Below are positions 39,059-53,103 of a stretch of 64,000 nt of DNA, piece by piece (position 1 is the stretch's first letter; each line of letters opens with the position of its first letter). The position numbers and the translations under genes were made by a program. The stretch lies in assembly GCF_000026545.1 (NCBI RefSeq), contig NC_011601.1, one strand, 5' to 3'. Below the pieces are notes generated by a model, which worked only from the letters and a program-made list of their open reading frames with translations, did not search any database and was not told where the DNA came from. The DNA is from Escherichia coli O127:H6 str. E2348/69 (GTDB lineage: Bacteria; Pseudomonadota; Gammaproteobacteria; Enterobacterales; Enterobacteriaceae).

Positions 39059-39328
39059 ATGACACCTGAATCGGTCATGATGATGGGAACTGAAGCGATG
39101 AAAGTCGCGCTGGCACTGGCAGCCCCGCTGTTGCTGGTGGCGCTGGTCACGGGCCTTATCATCAGTATTTTGCAGGCAGCCACGCAGATTAACGAAATGA
39201 CGCTGTCGTTTATTCCGAAAATCATCGCCGTATTTATCGCCATTATTATTGCCGGACCGTGGATGCTCAATCTGTTGCTGGATTACGTCCGCACCTTGTT
39301 CACTAACCTGCCGTATATCATCGGGTAG
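39059..39328 (+). CDS. fliQ: Flagellar export apparatus protein FliQ (89 aa)
   Basis: Track [32 protein letters not shown]... Confidence 0.95.
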   Translation: MTPESVMMMGTEAMKVALALAAPLLLVALVTGLIISILQAATQINEMTLSFIPKIIAVFIAIIIAGPWMLNLLLDYVRTLFTNLPYIIG

Positions 39329-39336
39329 CCCGTACA

Positions 39337-40122
39337 ATGATGCAGGTGACAAGCGATCAATGGCTTTCCTGGTTAAGCCTGTACTTCTGGCCGTTACTGC
39401 GCGTGCTGGCGCTCATTTCTACCGCGCCAATTCTGAGCGAACGCAGCGTGCCGAAACGGGTAAAACTGGGTCTGGCAATGATGATCACGTTCGCCATTGC
39501 CCCATCATTACCTGCCAACGATGTTCCTGTTTTTTCGTTCTTTGCTCTGTGGCTGGCCGTGCAGCAGATCCTGATCGGCATTGCGCTTGGTTTTACCATG
39601 CAATTTGCCTTTGCCGCTGTGCGAACCGCTGGCGAAATTATCGGTCTGCAAATGGGGCTGTCATTTGCGACATTTGTCGATCCTGGCAGCCATCTCAATA
39701 TGCCCGTTTTAGCGCGCATCATGGATATGCTGGCATTACTGCTGTTCCTGACATTTAACGGTCATTTATGGTTGATTTCACTGCTGGTCGATACCTTTCA
39801 CACCCTGCCGATTGGTAGCGAACCGTTGAACAGCAATGCGTTTCTGGCACTCACCAAAGCAGGGAGTTTGATTTTCCTTAACGGGCTGATGCTGGCGTTA
39901 CCGCTCATTACTCTGTTGCTGACCCTGAATCTGGCATTAGGTTTACTGAATCGTATGGCCCCGCAATTATCCATTTTTGTTATTGGATTTCCATTAACTC
40001 TGACTGTCGGCATCTCTTTAATGGCGGCATTAATGCCGTTAATTGCGCCTTTTTGCGAACATTTATTCAGTGAAATTTTTAATTTGCTGGCTGATATTAT
40101 TAGTGAATTACCATTAATATAA
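39337..40122 (+). CDS. fliR: Flagellar export apparatus protein FliR (261 aa)
   Basis: Track [36 protein letters not shown]... Confidence 0.95.
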   Translation: MMQVTSDQWLSWLSLYFWPLLRVLALISTAPILSERSVPKRVKLGLAMMITFAIAPSLPANDVPVFSFFALWLAVQQILIGIALGFTMQFAFAAVRTAGEIIGLQMGLSFATFVDPGSHLNMPVLARIMDMLALLLFLTFNGHLWLISLLVDTFHTLPIGSEPLNSNAFLALTKAGSLIFLNGLMLALPLITLLLTLNLALGLLNRMAPQLSIFVIGFPLTLTVGISLMAALMPLIAPFCEHLFSEIFNLLADIISELPLI

Positions 40123-40147
40123 TTCCGTAACGTTTATCATGCTACCC

Positions 40148-40161
40148 TAAGGATTATCCGA
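40148..40161. promoter_or_regulatory. Candidate RcsAB box upstream of rcsA
   Basis: TAAGGATTATCCGA resembles the RcsAB box consensus (TaAGaatatTCctA); rcsA is autoregulated. Confidence 0.4.
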
Positions 40162-40411
40162 AAAATAATATCTGCGAACATCTTCCAGGATACTCCTGTA
40201 GCGAAATATTTGTTTTAAGCTCACTCACATATCGCAACATTTACTTTACTTTAAGACAATTCCAGGCAAATTATACAACACTTTACGGGATAGTAAGTCC
40301 GCCTGAAAAATTGCGAGAGTGGCGCATTAGGTGACCCATGTTGTTCCGTTTAGTCATGATGAAATATTCAGGTAAGGGGAATTATCGTTACGCATTGAGT
40401 GAGGGTATGCC

Positions 40412-41035
40412 ATGTCAACGATTATTATGGATTTATGTAGTTACACCCGACTAGGTTTAACCGGGTATCTGTTGAGTAGAGGGGTTAAAAAAAGAGAAAT
40501 CAACGACATTGAAACCGTTGATGACCTTGCCATAGCTTGTGATTCACAGCGCCCTTCAGTGGTGTTTATTAATGAGGACTGTTTCATCCACGATGCTTCT
40601 AACAGTCAGCGCATCAAGCACATCATTAATCAACATCCCAATACGTTATTTATCGTTTTTATGGCAATTGCCAATGTTCATTTTGATGAATATCTATTGG
40701 TCAGAAAAAATTTATTGATCAGTTCTAAATCGATTAAACCGGAATCTCTCGACGATATCCTTGGCGATATTCTGAAAAAAGAGACAACGATAACCTCGTT
40801 TTTAAATATGCCGACGTTATCATTGAGCCGAACCGAATCGAGTATGTTGCGAATGTGGATGGCAGGTCAGGGAACCATTCAAATCTCCGACCAAATGAAT
40901 ATCAAAGCCAAGACCGTTTCATCGCATAAAGGTAATATTAAACGTAAGATCAAAACGCATAATAAACAGGTTATCTACCATGTCGTTCGACTGACGGATA
41001 ATGTGACTAATGGTATTTTTGTCAACATGCGCTAA
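40412..41035 (+). CDS. rcsA: Colanic-acid capsule regulator RcsA (LuxR-type, 207 aa)
   Basis: Track [34 protein letters not shown]... Confidence 0.95.
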   Translation: MSTIIMDLCSYTRLGLTGYLLSRGVKKREINDIETVDDLAIACDSQRPSVVFINEDCFIHDASNSQRIKHIINQHPNTLFIVFMAIANVHFDEYLLVRKNLLISSKSIKPESLDDILGDILKKETTITSFLNMPTLSLSRTESSMLRMWMAGQGTIQISDQMNIKAKTVSSHKGNIKRKIKTHNKQVIYHVVRLTDNVTNGIFVNMR

Positions 41036-41041
41036 CACATT

Positions 41042-41067
41042 CTGACTGGTGGTTTCCCACCAGTCAG
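41042..41067. terminator. Bidirectional hairpin between rcsA and dsrB
   Basis: ctgactggtgg tttc ccaccagtcag perfect stem-loop. Confidence 0.6.
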
Positions 41068-41078
41068 GCTGAATAAGA

Positions 41079-41357
<279 letters not shown>

Positions 41358-41429
41358 CTATACTTAAGAGATGCCAGGCGGACTTAACGACTGGCGGCAA
41401 CAACAGAGTAACGGTTGCGAGGAAAGATG

Positions 41430-41657
41430 ATGAAAACCGCAAAAGAGTACAGCGATACCGCAAAACGTGAGGTCAGCGTCGATGTCGATGCCCTGCTGGC
41501 GGCGATCAATGAAATTAGCGAAAGCGAAGTTCATCGCAGCCAGAACGATTCTGAACACGTTAGCGTCGATGGACGTGAATATCATACATGGCGTGAATTG
41601 GCGGATGCCTTCGAACTGGATATTCATGACTTCAGCGTCTCTGAAGTGAATCGTTGA
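41430..41657 (+). CDS. yodD: Stress-induced small protein YodD (75 aa)
   Basis: Track ORF trimmed to MKTAKEYSDTAKREVSVDVDALLAAINEISE... Confidence 0.85.
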   Translation: MKTAKEYSDTAKREVSVDVDALLAAINEISESEVHRSQNDSEHVSVDGREYHTWRELADAFELDIHDFSVSEVNR

Positions 41658-41670
41658 ATGCACAATAAAA

Positions 41671-41757
41671 AAATCCCGACCCTGAGGGGGTCGGGATGAA
41701 ACTTGCTTAAGCAAGAAGCACTTAAAAAATTCGTTACACCAGGAAATCTGATGTGTT
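41671..41757 (-). ncRNA. dsrA: DsrA small regulatory RNA (87 nt)
   Basis: Reverse complement reads AACACATCAGATTTCCTGGTGTAACGAATTTTTTAAGTGCTTCTTGCTTAAGCAAGTTTCATCCCGACCCCCTCAGGGTCGGGATTT, matching DsrA as recalled, including its terminator hairpin. Confidence 0.9.
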
Positions 41758-41936
41758 CATCACCTTATCCGCAATTTTTTTCGCTGACAAGAAAATATTC
41801 GCGTTATGAATGATTAACGCTACTTATGAATAGAAATGTGACGCGCGTCACACCTTGGTGGCTCTGGTGTCAACGGGATCGCTCCCGAAAAAATCATCTT
41901 TGATTATTTGTGCTGTTTTGAGAATCATCCTTGTAA

Positions 41937-44460
<2,524 letters not shown>

Positions 44461-44630
44461 CCTGACGACTCCCAACCTGCTTTTTTATGATTCTGGCATA
44501 ACCCGGCGATAGCGTACCGCAAAACAGCGATAATTTTATAATGGTGGCATGATAAGACGCGACTATCATTCATTGCAGGCATTGGGACACCAGGCCGGAT
44601 GTGATCCGGCCTGGTGTTAATGATACCCTT

Positions 44631-44813
44631 TCAAACTTCTTCCGCAGAACGACTCCCCTCCCCCGGAACAAGCTCGGTTTCATGAAAAGCCTCCCGCTTG
44701 ACCCCGTAACCGTCATACCAACGACACTCAACCATACCGCTGGAGTATCCAGTGACAATCATCCGCGGGCCGCCCTCTTTAACCGTAACTTCCTCACTAA
44801 CCATAAAGCTCAT
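44631..44813 (-). CDS. yodC: DUF2158 small protein YodC (60 aa)
   Basis: Track ORF MSFMVSEEVTVKEGGPRMIVTGYSSGMVECRWYDGYGVKREAFHETELVPGEGSRSAEEV. Confidence 0.85.
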   Translation of the reverse strand: MSFMVSEEVTVKEGGPRMIVTGYSSGMVECRWYDGYGVKREAFHETELVPGEGSRSAEEV

Positions 44814-44891
44814 ACTCGCCTCCTTTTTTCGAGTGAAACTTGTTCACCTTAGTTGAAGATGGCGAATTTTGCATAATGGCCAGTGCGAGTA

Positions 44892-45809
44892 TTAATGTGC
44901 CTGACCGCGCATTTTCGCTACTGCTTTCACTCCCAGCACCACGATGCCGCCGATGATAAATCCAAGAATCAGATTTAAAACAGTCGGTAATATCATCGCC
45001 ACCACTGCACTTTGCTGCCCGGCGAAATGTTCAATGGCGTGATGCAGCGGCGCAATACCATGTACCACAATCCCGCCGCCGACGAGGAACATCGCCAGCG
45101 TGCCGACAATCGATAATGCTTTCATCAACCAGGGCGCAATGATCAATAACCCTTTACCTAATGCCTGCATCAGCGCGCTGGATTTTTCCGCCAGCCAATA
45201 CCCCAGGTCATCAATCTTAACGATAACCCCTACCAGACCGTAGACGCCCACGGTCACTACCAGCGCGATGCCTGAAAGCACCAGCACCTGATTAAGCAAC
45301 GGCGCTTCTGCCACAATCCCCAGCGTGATGGCGACGATTTCCGCAGACAATATAAAATCGGTACGAATCGCCCCTTTTATTTTGTCTTTTTCAAACTTCA
45401 GCGGATCCTGCGCCGCCAGCTTCTCCAGACGCTGCTGACTCTGCGCCGGATCTTCTTTATGTTTACGCGCCTCCAGCATATGCAGCACTTTCTCTACCCC
45501 TTCAAAGCAGAGAAACGCGCCGCCAATCATCAACAGTGGCGTAATCGCCCACGGGATAAACGCACTGATGATCAGCGCCAGCGGCACCAGAATCACTTTA
45601 TTGATCAGCGATCCTTTCGCCACGCCCCAGACCACGGGAAGTTCCCGGTTGGCCCGCACGCCTGAAACTTGTTGCGCATTGAGCGATAAGTCATCCCCTA
45701 ATACACCGGCGGTTTTCTTCGCCGCCAGTTTGCCCATCACGGAGATATCGTCCAGCAGTGTGGCGATATCATCGAGCAACGTCAGTAAACTACTCCCGGC
45801 CAAAAGCAT
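44892..45809 (-). CDS. yedI: DUF808 inner-membrane protein YedI (305 aa)
   Basis: Track [35 protein letters not shown]... Confidence 0.9.
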   Translation of the reverse strand: MLLAGSSLLTLLDDIATLLDDISVMGKLAAKKTAGVLGDDLSLNAQQVSGVRANRELPVVWGVAKGSLINKVILVPLALIISAFIPWAITPLLMIGGAFLCFEGVEKVLHMLEARKHKEDPAQSQQRLEKLAAQDPLKFEKDKIKGAIRTDFILSAEIVAITLGIVAEAPLLNQVLVLSGIALVVTVGVYGLVGVIVKIDDLGYWLAEKSSALMQALGKGLLIIAPWLMKALSIVGTLAMFLVGGGIVVHGIAPLHHAIEHFAGQQSAVVAMILPTVLNLILGFIIGGIVVLGVKAVAKMRGQAH

Positions 45810-45981
45810 TCCCTCTCATTTTTATTGTTGAAGGGTGTAAGTATGAAGCAAAAACGGCAGCTCTGATACTTGCTTCACAGGTCAACATTTTTTTAACAAT
45901 CAAGTGCAATTATATCTCTCGCCAGCAGAATGATTTTCACGTTTACTATGAACCACCTTTTTATTTCCACCGTGAGGGATT

Positions 45982-46902
45982 ATGCGTTTCCGCCAGTTGT
46001 TACCGCTTTTTGGCGCGCTGTTTGCGTTGTATATCATTTGGGGCTCAACCTATTTTGTCATTCGGATTGGCGTGGAAAGCTGGCCTCCATTAATGATGGC
46101 GGGCGTGCGATTCCTGGCAGCCGGTATTTTATTGCTGGCATTTTTGCTACTGCGCGGACACAAGCTCCCCCCGCTACGTCCGCTGCTCAATGCCGCGCTG
46201 ATTGGCCTGTTATTGCTGGCTGTCGGTAATGGCATGGTGACGGTTGCCGAACATCAAAATGTTCCTTCCGGCATCGCCGCCGTTGTGGTTGCAACCGTGC
46301 CCCTCTTTACCCTGTGCTTCAGCCGCCTGTTTGGCATTAAAACGCGCAAACTGGAATGGGTGGGTATCGCCATTGGGCTTGCCGGAATCATCATGCTCAA
46401 TAGCGGTGGAAATTTAAGCGGCAATCCGTGGGGCGCGATTCTGATTTTAATCGGCTCGATTAGCTGGGCGTTTGGCTCGGTTTATGGCTCGCGCATTACC
46501 TTACCTGTAGGGATGATGGCGGGTGCGATTGAGATGCTGGCGGCAGGCGTGGTGTTAATGATCGCGTCGATGATTGCGGGTGAAAAACTGACGGCGCTCC
46601 CTTCCCTTTCAGGCTTCCTTGCGGTCGGCTATCTGGCGCTGTTTGGTTCGATTATCGCCATTAACGCTTATATGTATTTAATCCGCAACGTCAGTCCGGC
46701 TCTCGCCACCAGCTACGCCTACGTTAACCCGGTGGTCGCGGTCTTGCTGGGTACGGGACTGGGCGGAGAGACGCTGTCGAAGATTGAATGGCTGGCGCTC
46801 GGCGTGATTGTCTTCGCGGTGGTACTGGTCACGTTGGGAAAATATCTCTTCCCGGCAAAACCCGTAGTTGCGCCAGTTATTCAGGACGCATCAAGCGAGT
46901 AA
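45982..46902 (+). CDS. yedA: EamA/DMT-family transporter YedA (306 aa)
   Basis: Track ORF MRFRQLLPLFGALFALYIIWGSTYFVIRIG... Confidence 0.9.
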   Translation: MRFRQLLPLFGALFALYIIWGSTYFVIRIGVESWPPLMMAGVRFLAAGILLLAFLLLRGHKLPPLRPLLNAALIGLLLLAVGNGMVTVAEHQNVPSGIAAVVVATVPLFTLCFSRLFGIKTRKLEWVGIAIGLAGIIMLNSGGNLSGNPWGAILILIGSISWAFGSVYGSRITLPVGMMAGAIEMLAAGVVLMIASMIAGEKLTALPSLSGFLAVGYLALFGSIIAINAYMYLIRNVSPALATSYAYVNPVVAVLLGTGLGGETLSKIEWLALGVIVFAVVLVTLGKYLFPAKPVVAPVIQDASSE

Positions 46903-47361
46903 ATGAATCCCCTGCGTGTCGATCTGCGCGCTGGCACCTTCGCCGCAGATCCACTCTTCCAGACGCTCGGTAAGCGCTTCATCCGTCAGCTTCTCGCGCC
47001 CACGTAACGCACACTCCCAGACAATCAGTACACGCCAGCCGAGTGCCTGCAAGCGATTGATATCGCGGCGATCCCGCTCAACATTTTTACCTATCTTCTC
47101 CAGCCAGAACTCGGTTCGAGTCACAGGCACTTTAAACAGATAGCAGTGATGATGATGCCAGAAGCAGCCGTGGGTAAATATCACGCAGCGATATTCATCA
47201 ACGACAAAATCCGGGCGTCCGGGCAGACTGGCGTCCTGAACGCGAAATGCCAGGCCCTGCCCGGTTAACAGACTGGCGAGGCGCTTCTCAATCACCGTAT
47301 CACGCGTGGCAATCGCGCGCATATTTTTGCTGCGGGTGGCCTTATCGTGAACGTCGGCCAT
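46891..47361 (-). CDS. vsr: Very-short-patch repair endonuclease Vsr (156 aa)
   Basis: Track ORF trimmed to [17 protein letters not shown]...; overlaps the dcm 3' end. Confidence 0.95.
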   Translation of the reverse strand: MADVHDKATRSKNMRAIATRDTVIEKRLASLLTGQGLAFRVQDASLPGRPDFVVDEYRCVIFTHGCFWHHHHCYLFKVPVTRTEFWLEKIGKNVERDRRDINRLQALGWRVLIVWECALRGREKLTDEALTERLEEWICGEGASAQIDTQGIHLLA

Positions 47362-48760
47362 GTTGTGCCTCTTGCTGACGCAACGCCACCGCCTGTTTGA
47401 TTTTTGGCTCAAGCAGTTTTGCCACCGCTGCAAAGACCGGTACGATCACCGAGTTACCGAACTGGCGATAGGCCTGAGTGTCCGAAACCGGAATGCGGAA
47501 TTTCGCTTCTCCCGGCGCTTCAAAACCCATTAAGCGCGCACATTCACGAGGCGTTAACCGACGTGGACGATGTTGCTGATTCAGCGGATCGTCAAAGTCT
47601 TTCTCACCCGTGGCCATATCCCAACCGCGATCGATTAAAATTTCCGCGCCATCTTTGTAATAACGAGCAGACAGCGTACGCGTGACGCTTTGCGGATTGT
47701 TCGGATAAACCATTCCATAACCGAAGCCGTTACCGCGTGCCTGATGTTTTTTCGCATAACGATAGAGGTACTTCCACAGCACCGGCGTCAGGATATATTT
47801 CGCCTCGACCATCGGGTCCAGCAGCTGCGCCAGCGTCACTCGCTGTGCAGGGAAACATTTGCTGATATCACGCAGAGTAAAATCGGCTTTCAGATTCAGA
47901 TCGCGACGAAAACCCACCAGCACGATGCGTTCACGGTGCTGCGGCAGAAAATGTTTGCCGTCGATGATTTTCGGATCGTCCGGCCCGTTATCTTCTGCAT
48001 CAGCCACGTCATAGCCCAGTTCGTCCAGCGTCTGCATGATGATGCGGAACGTTTTACCCTGGTCGTGACTTTTCAGGTTTTTGACGTTTTCGAGCACAAA
48101 CATCGCCGGACGACGCGCGTCGATAATGCGCACCACATCAAAGAACAGCGTGCCCTGGGTATCGCAGGCAAAACCGTGCGCCCGCCCGAGCGAGTTCTTT
48201 TTCGATACGCCAGCCAGCGAAAATGGCTGACAAGGGAAACCGGCCAGTAAAACATCGTGTTCAGGAATGTGTTGACGAATATGTTCCGCCGCCGCCTCAT
48301 CACTCACGCCTTCTTGATGGCTGAGGGTGATGTCGCGGATATCCTCATTAAAATGATGCGTCGCCGGGTCGCAATAATGGTTGGCTTTATAAGTGCGTAC
48401 CGCATGTTTGTTCCATTCGCTGGTAAACACGCACTGTCCGCCAATCGATTCAAAACCGCGACGGATGCCGCCAATTCCGGCAAATAGATCGATAAAGCGA
48501 AACGCATAATGCGGATGATGTTCCGGTGGTTTGGGTAACAACGTTTGCAGATGGGCAAACTCTTTCTCACTTAAACGGTGCCATGCCGAGTCATTCGCCA
48601 GCGCACGTTTTAAAATTGCCGCACTCCAGTGATTCTCACCCACACCATTAAGCTGCGCCACCAGCGTTTTAACATCATAAATTTGCAGCAGTTTCTCCAG
48701 CATTGCCTGTGCGGCATTCCCGGTGCTGTATGAATCGGTTACTGATATATTTTCCTGCAT
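47342..48760 (-). CDS. dcm: DNA-cytosine C5 methyltransferase Dcm (472 aa)
   Basis: Track [28 protein letters not shown]...; motifs FAGIGG and PCQPFS. Confidence 0.95.
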   Translation of the reverse strand: MQENISVTDSYSTGNAAQAMLEKLLQIYDVKTLVAQLNGVGENHWSAAILKRALANDSAWHRLSEKEFAHLQTLLPKPPEHHPHYAFRFIDLFAGIGGIRRGFESIGGQCVFTSEWNKHAVRTYKANHYCDPATHHFNEDIRDITLSHQEGVSDEAAAEHIRQHIPEHDVLLAGFPCQPFSLAGVSKKNSLGRAHGFACDTQGTLFFDVVRIIDARRPAMFVLENVKNLKSHDQGKTFRIIMQTLDELGYDVADAEDNGPDDPKIIDGKHFLPQHRERIVLVGFRRDLNLKADFTLRDISKCFPAQRVTLAQLLDPMVEAKYILTPVLWKYLYRYAKKHQARGNGFGYGMVYPNNPQSVTRTLSARYYKDGAEILIDRGWDMATGEKDFDDPLNQQHRPRRLTPRECARLMGFEAPGEAKFRIPVSDTQAYRQFGNSVIVPVFAAVAKLLEPKIKQAVALRQQEAQHGRRSR

Positions 48761-48826
48761 AGATTTAACCGGCCATCTGAGATGGCCGACAGGTTAACAT
48801 AATTACTGCCGTTTAGGGCCACGCGC

Positions 48827-49522
48827 TCAGCCAGCGGGTGAAAACGCATCTATCACCTTGTGATCGATACCTTCATTCTCCCCCGCCAGTTCGGCACCGA
48901 GCTTCGCCATAAACTCGACTAAAAATTGCGCGTTGTGCTGTGCCAGCTGCTTGCCTCTTGCGGTTTGCATGGTTTGCGGTAATTTCAGTAACTTTGTCTG
49001 GAAATGATCCAGCGCGTAGCGTTTATCATCAAGCGGGCGATGCTGTGCGAACGGATCTTCGCCATCAAACAGCGCCAAGCCCAATGCCCCTGAAACGGCA
49101 AATACGCGCGTCAGGCCAATCGCCCCCAGGGCTTCCAGCCGATCCGCATCCTGGACGATTTTAGCTTCCGTTGTTAAGGGGGCGATTTGCGCGCTGAAAC
49201 TGTGAGCGGCAATGGCATGACAAACGGCCTCAATTTTCTCCGCCGGAAATTGCACGAACTCTTCACGGAGCAGGCGACGCGTCTCTTCTGCCGCCAGAAT
49301 TGAAGAACGCTGCCGTTGCGGATGATTTTTCGCCAGGCTCACGATATCGTGAAAATAACAGGCGGTTAAAATCACCAGCATATCGACATCGTCATCTGCC
49401 GCCAGCTTCTGTGCCGTAGCCCAGACACGGCGAAAATGACACAGGTCATGCGCCGCGTCCTGATGTTGATGATGGTTTTTCAACCAGTTCTCGAACTGTG
49501 CCTGCCAGTGTTGTAACTCCAT
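48827..49522 (-). CDS. yedJ: HD-domain phosphohydrolase YedJ (231 aa)
   Basis: Track ORF trimmed to [19 protein letters not shown]... Confidence 0.9.
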   Translation of the reverse strand: MELQHWQAQFENWLKNHHQHQDAAHDLCHFRRVWATAQKLAADDDVDMLVILTACYFHDIVSLAKNHPQRQRSSILAAEETRRLLREEFVQFPAEKIEAVCHAIAAHSFSAQIAPLTTEAKIVQDADRLEALGAIGLTRVFAVSGALGLALFDGEDPFAQHRPLDDKRYALDHFQTKLLKLPQTMQTARGKQLAQHNAQFLVEFMAKLGAELAGENEGIDHKVIDAFSPAG

Positions 49523-49561
49523 ACGCGCTCCGTTGCCAAAGAGTCGCAACCTTAGCAGTTT

Positions 49562-49945
49562 TTATTCATAGCGTCTGCAACGTGCGGGACGAGGTCGGGT
49601 GTACCATGCAATGCCGCCTAACAAGGCACCAACCAGGGCCATAAACAGAAATCCGACCAATGCTCCTAACCACTTCCCCGCGGTAGATCCTAAATCACTT
49701 TCAAATCCCGACACGGGGGCATCGGGGATCCGGCTCATCACCCAGATGTATCGCGCCATTGCCCAGACGAAATAGCCACACCATGTATAGAAAGCCCACA
49801 AAGCCAATTTGCCGCCAGGACTGCGAGAGAGTCTCTCTTCCATCTTTGTCGAACCGTATTCCATTTTGAGATAACCCGGAAAATTCAGACTTAGAACTAT
49901 TATGTGATAAAAATCACATTTTTCCACATTGGATGAGCCAGTCAA
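49562..49945 (-). CDS. yedR: Inner-membrane protein YedR (start codon uncertain)
   Basis: Track ORF MTGSSNVEKCDFYHIIVLSLNFPGYLKMEYGSTKMEERL...; two predicted TM helices; true start may be an internal Met. Confidence 0.55.
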   Translation of the reverse strand: MTGSSNVEKCDFYHIIVLSLNFPGYLKMEYGSTKMEERLSRSPGGKLALWAFYTWCGYFVWAMARYIWVMSRIPDAPVSGFESDLGSTAGKWLGALVGFLFMALVGALLGGIAWYTRPRPARCRRYE

Positions 49946-50092
49946 GACTCAATCATTTTTTGAACAAATAGATAAATTTTGCGCAACGGCGGTGAATACA
50001 GGAAAACTCGATTTGAACGATTTTATTTATCTTTGATTTCGGCTTTATTAATTCATTCAATCAATATATTGGTACTGATTACAATTATACCT

Positions 50093-50182
50093 TTTTATTT
50101 TTCTGTGTCATCATGCCTCCGTTATTAGCCTTTTATCGTCTTGTTTATATTTTTTTTGGCCGGCATGATGCCGGCTTTTTTT
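50093..50182 (+). ncRNA. rseX: Candidate RseX sRNA (boundaries approximate)
   Basis: Intrinsic terminator ggccggcatgatgccggc + T7 at 50158-50182 in the yedR-yedS spacer; upstream CCUCC-containing stretch (catcatgcctcc). RseX is reported between yedR and yedS; placement from memory. Confidence 0.35.
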
Positions 50183-50492
50183 ATGCCTTCATTAATGTGC
50201 GCGAGATCACGCCAGCCGTTTAGCGCAACAATCATTGATACTCCCTATCTTCTCAATCAACTCATAACATATTGATATACATCCATAATATTCATGAATA
50301 TTTATATTCAGAATTCATAACTATGAATTATATTAAACAGATTAGAAACATTATGAAATCTTTTAAATACATTTGTTACATGTAATCTTTAAAATAAAAT
50401 GAACTTCATAGAATAGTATCCAAATGTGCTTTTTTTGGATAACAGCACTTATTGATATATTCATGAAGATTATAATCACAAGGGAATACATA

Positions 50493-51551
50493 ATGAAAAG
50501 AAAAGTTCTGGCAATGCTGGTCCCGGCGTTATTAGTTGCTGGCGCAGCAAATGCGGCTGAAATTTATAATAAAAATGGCAATAAAGTTGAGCTATACGGC
50601 AAGATGGTTGGTGAGCGCATTCTGACCGACCGTGAAAGTGGTGAAAAAGGCGATAATTCTCAAGATACCTCTTATGCCCGTGTAGGCGTGAAAGGTGAAA
50701 CTCAGATCAACCCTGAACTGACTGGTTACGGTCAGTTTGAACTAGACCTGGAAGCATCAAACAGACACAACCCTGACCAAACTCGTTTGGCATATGCTGG
50801 TTTGAGTTACAAAGATTTTGGTTCATTCGACTACGGTCGTAATGTCGGTGTCGCGTATGATGCAGAAGCATTTACTGATATGTTTGTTGAGTGGGGCGGT
50901 GACTCATGGGCTGGTACTGACCTGTTCATGACCAACCGTACCAACGGTGTTGCAACCTATCGTAACACAGATTTCTTTGGCATGGTTGAAGGTCTAAATT
51001 TTGCTCTGCAATATCAGGGTAAAAATGAAGGTACAGGCAACTACAAAGCAAATGGCGATGGCCATGGTTTATCTGCAACTTACACTATTGACGGTTTCTC
51101 ATTTGCTGGTGCTTATGCAAACTCTGACCGTACTGATTGGCAGTCTGGTGATGGTAAAGGCGAAAGAGCCGAAGTTTGGGCGTTGTCAACAAAATATGAC
51201 GCTAACAATGTCTATGCTGCTGTAATGTACGGTGAATCTCACAACATGAATTCCGACGACGGTGATGTTGTGAACAAAACACAAAACTTCGAAGCTGTTC
51301 TGCAATATCAGTTCGACTTTGGTCTGCGTCCATCCATCGGTTACTCCTATTCTAAAGCACTGGACGTAGCAGGTTACAAAGATTCTGATCGTCTGAACTA
51401 TATTGAAATCGGTACCTGGTATTACTTCAATAAGAATATGAACGTATATACCGCTTATCAGATCAACCTGCTTGATAAGAGTGATTATGTTCTCGCTCAT
51501 GGACAGAACACCGACGACCAACTGGCAGTTGGTATCGTCTACCAGTTCTAA
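50493..51551 (+). CDS. yedS: OmpC/OmpF-family general porin YedS, apparently intact (352 aa)
   Basis: Track ORF trimmed to MKRKVLAMLVPALLVAGAANA signal peptide; mature AEIYNKNGNKVELYGK...; C-terminal ...GIVYQF with terminal Phe. Confidence 0.85.
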   Translation: MKRKVLAMLVPALLVAGAANAAEIYNKNGNKVELYGKMVGERILTDRESGEKGDNSQDTSYARVGVKGETQINPELTGYGQFELDLEASNRHNPDQTRLAYAGLSYKDFGSFDYGRNVGVAYDAEAFTDMFVEWGGDSWAGTDLFMTNRTNGVATYRNTDFFGMVEGLNFALQYQGKNEGTGNYKANGDGHGLSATYTIDGFSFAGAYANSDRTDWQSGDGKGERAEVWALSTKYDANNVYAAVMYGESHNMNSDDGDVVNKTQNFEAVLQYQFDFGLRPSIGYSYSKALDVAGYKDSDRLNYIEIGTWYYFNKNMNVYTAYQINLLDKSDYVLAHGQNTDDQLAVGIVYQF

Positions 51552-51593
51552 TCAGCCAACGCGCCGCGGCGTGTTACTGTAAAACTTAACACC

Positions 51594-51633
51594 AGCCTGA
51601 GTTCGTCCCTCATCGAACTCAGGCTTTTTTATT
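51594..51633 (+). terminator. Rho-independent terminator of yedS
   Basis: cctgagttcg…cgaactcagg stem followed by ctttttt. Confidence 0.7.
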
Positions 51634-52144
51634 GGCATTTCATCTCCATCTGCGGCACACGCAATTGCCAAAGCATATCGATACAGCCCCTTACCCTGCC
51701 CCTCCTGGCACAATAACATCAACCAGCGACTCTTCAAGCCAACACCCAAATGCATTTCTTTATAAATTTAATCTGTAACAAAACCGCTTCCCATATAGAA
51801 ATATTTGCAAAAATAGTGCATGAAAAAAGCTTTTTCCCTACCAATCCGGGATATAAATATTCATCAGTACCACAACATTCCACAGTACTAAATCTCTCCC
51901 CATCGCCCCCAAACCTCTGATAATGGTCTAAAATCATTGAGGCCACTTGCGATGACGTTACTCAATAAGGAAAGTTTGGCGTGAATAATATTCAACACCA
52001 GTGCAGCATCATCATTACATACTTATGCCCGCCAACTACCGCTTTCGATATATTGACTCAATTTTTCAGCCTGGTTAAAAATAGCGACCAGCTCAGTCGC
52101 AAATATAGTGACTACCCTAACTAAGCAACAATAAGGAATACACT

Positions 52145-52996
52145 ATGACTGTTCAAACAAGTAAAAACCCGCAGGTCGATATTGCTGAAGATAATGCATT
52201 CTTCCCTTCAGAATATTCGCTTAGCCAATATACGAGTCCCGTCTCTGATCTTGATGGCGTGGACTATCCAAAACCGTATCGCGGTAAACATAAAATTCTG
52301 GTGATCGCCGCGGACGAACGTTATTTGCCGACCGATAACGGAAAACTGTTCTCGACCGGTAACCACCCGATTGAAACGTTGCTGCCGTTGTATCATCTCC
52401 ATGCTGCAGGTTTCGAATTCGAAGTGGCGACCATTTCCGGTCTGATGACCAAGTTTGAATACTGGGCTATGCCGCACAAAGATGAAAAAGTAATGCCATT
52501 CTTTGAACAGCATAAATCGTTATTCCGCAATCCGAAGAAACTCGCGGAGGTTGTCGCCAACCTCAACGCTGATAGCGAATATGCAGCAATCTTTGTTCCT
52601 GGTGGGCATGGCGCACTCATTGGTTTACCAGAAAGCCAGGACGTGGCTGCCGCTTTACAGTGGGCAATCAAAAATGACCGTTTTGTTATCTCCCTTTGCC
52701 ACGGTCCGGCGGCTTTTCTGGCACTTCGCCGCAGCGATAACCCACTGAATGGTTATTCTATTTGCGCATTCCCAGACGCCGCAGACAAACAAACGCCAGA
52801 TATTGGCTATATTCCGGGTCATCTCACCTGGTACTTCGGCGAAGAGTTGAAGAAAATGGGCATGAACATCATTAATGACGACATCACCGGGCGAGTACAT
52901 AAGGACCGTAAACTTCTCACCGGCGACAGTCCTTTTGCAGCGAATGCGTTGGGTAAACTGGCGGCGCAGGAAATGCTGGCAGCTTACGCGAGTTAA
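52145..52996 (+). CDS. hchA: Hsp31 chaperone / glyoxalase III HchA (283 aa)
   Basis: Track ORF MTVQTSKNPQVDIAEDNAFFPSEYSLSQYTSP...; DJ-1/PfpI fold. Confidence 0.95.
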   Translation: MTVQTSKNPQVDIAEDNAFFPSEYSLSQYTSPVSDLDGVDYPKPYRGKHKILVIAADERYLPTDNGKLFSTGNHPIETLLPLYHLHAAGFEFEVATISGLMTKFEYWAMPHKDEKVMPFFEQHKSLFRNPKKLAEVVANLNADSEYAAIFVPGGHGALIGLPESQDVAAALQWAIKNDRFVISLCHGPAAFLALRRSDNPLNGYSICAFPDAADKQTPDIGYIPGHLTWYFGEELKKMGMNIINDDITGRVHKDRKLLTGDSPFAANALGKLAAQEMLAAYAS

Positions 52997-53031
52997 TCCC
53001 TGTTACATTGTGATGTAAGCGCATAATCAAT

Positions 53032-53070
53032 CGCAGCCACGTTAATACTCACGACGTGGCTGCGTTTTTT
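53032..53070. terminator. Hairpin terminator between convergent hchA and hprS
   Basis: gcagccacg…cgtggctgc stem followed by gtttttt. Confidence 0.6.
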
Positions 53071-53103
53071 CACGGTTAACTTATGGCGTACTGAAGCCCG
53101 ATG

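Noticed and set aside
38750-39352. 200-aa minus-strand ORF antisense to fliP/fliQ
   Set aside because: His/Gln/Arg-rich low-complexity translation inside conserved export-apparatus genes.
47690-48250. 186-aa plus-strand ORF antisense to dcm
   Set aside because: Embedded in dcm; chance ORF.
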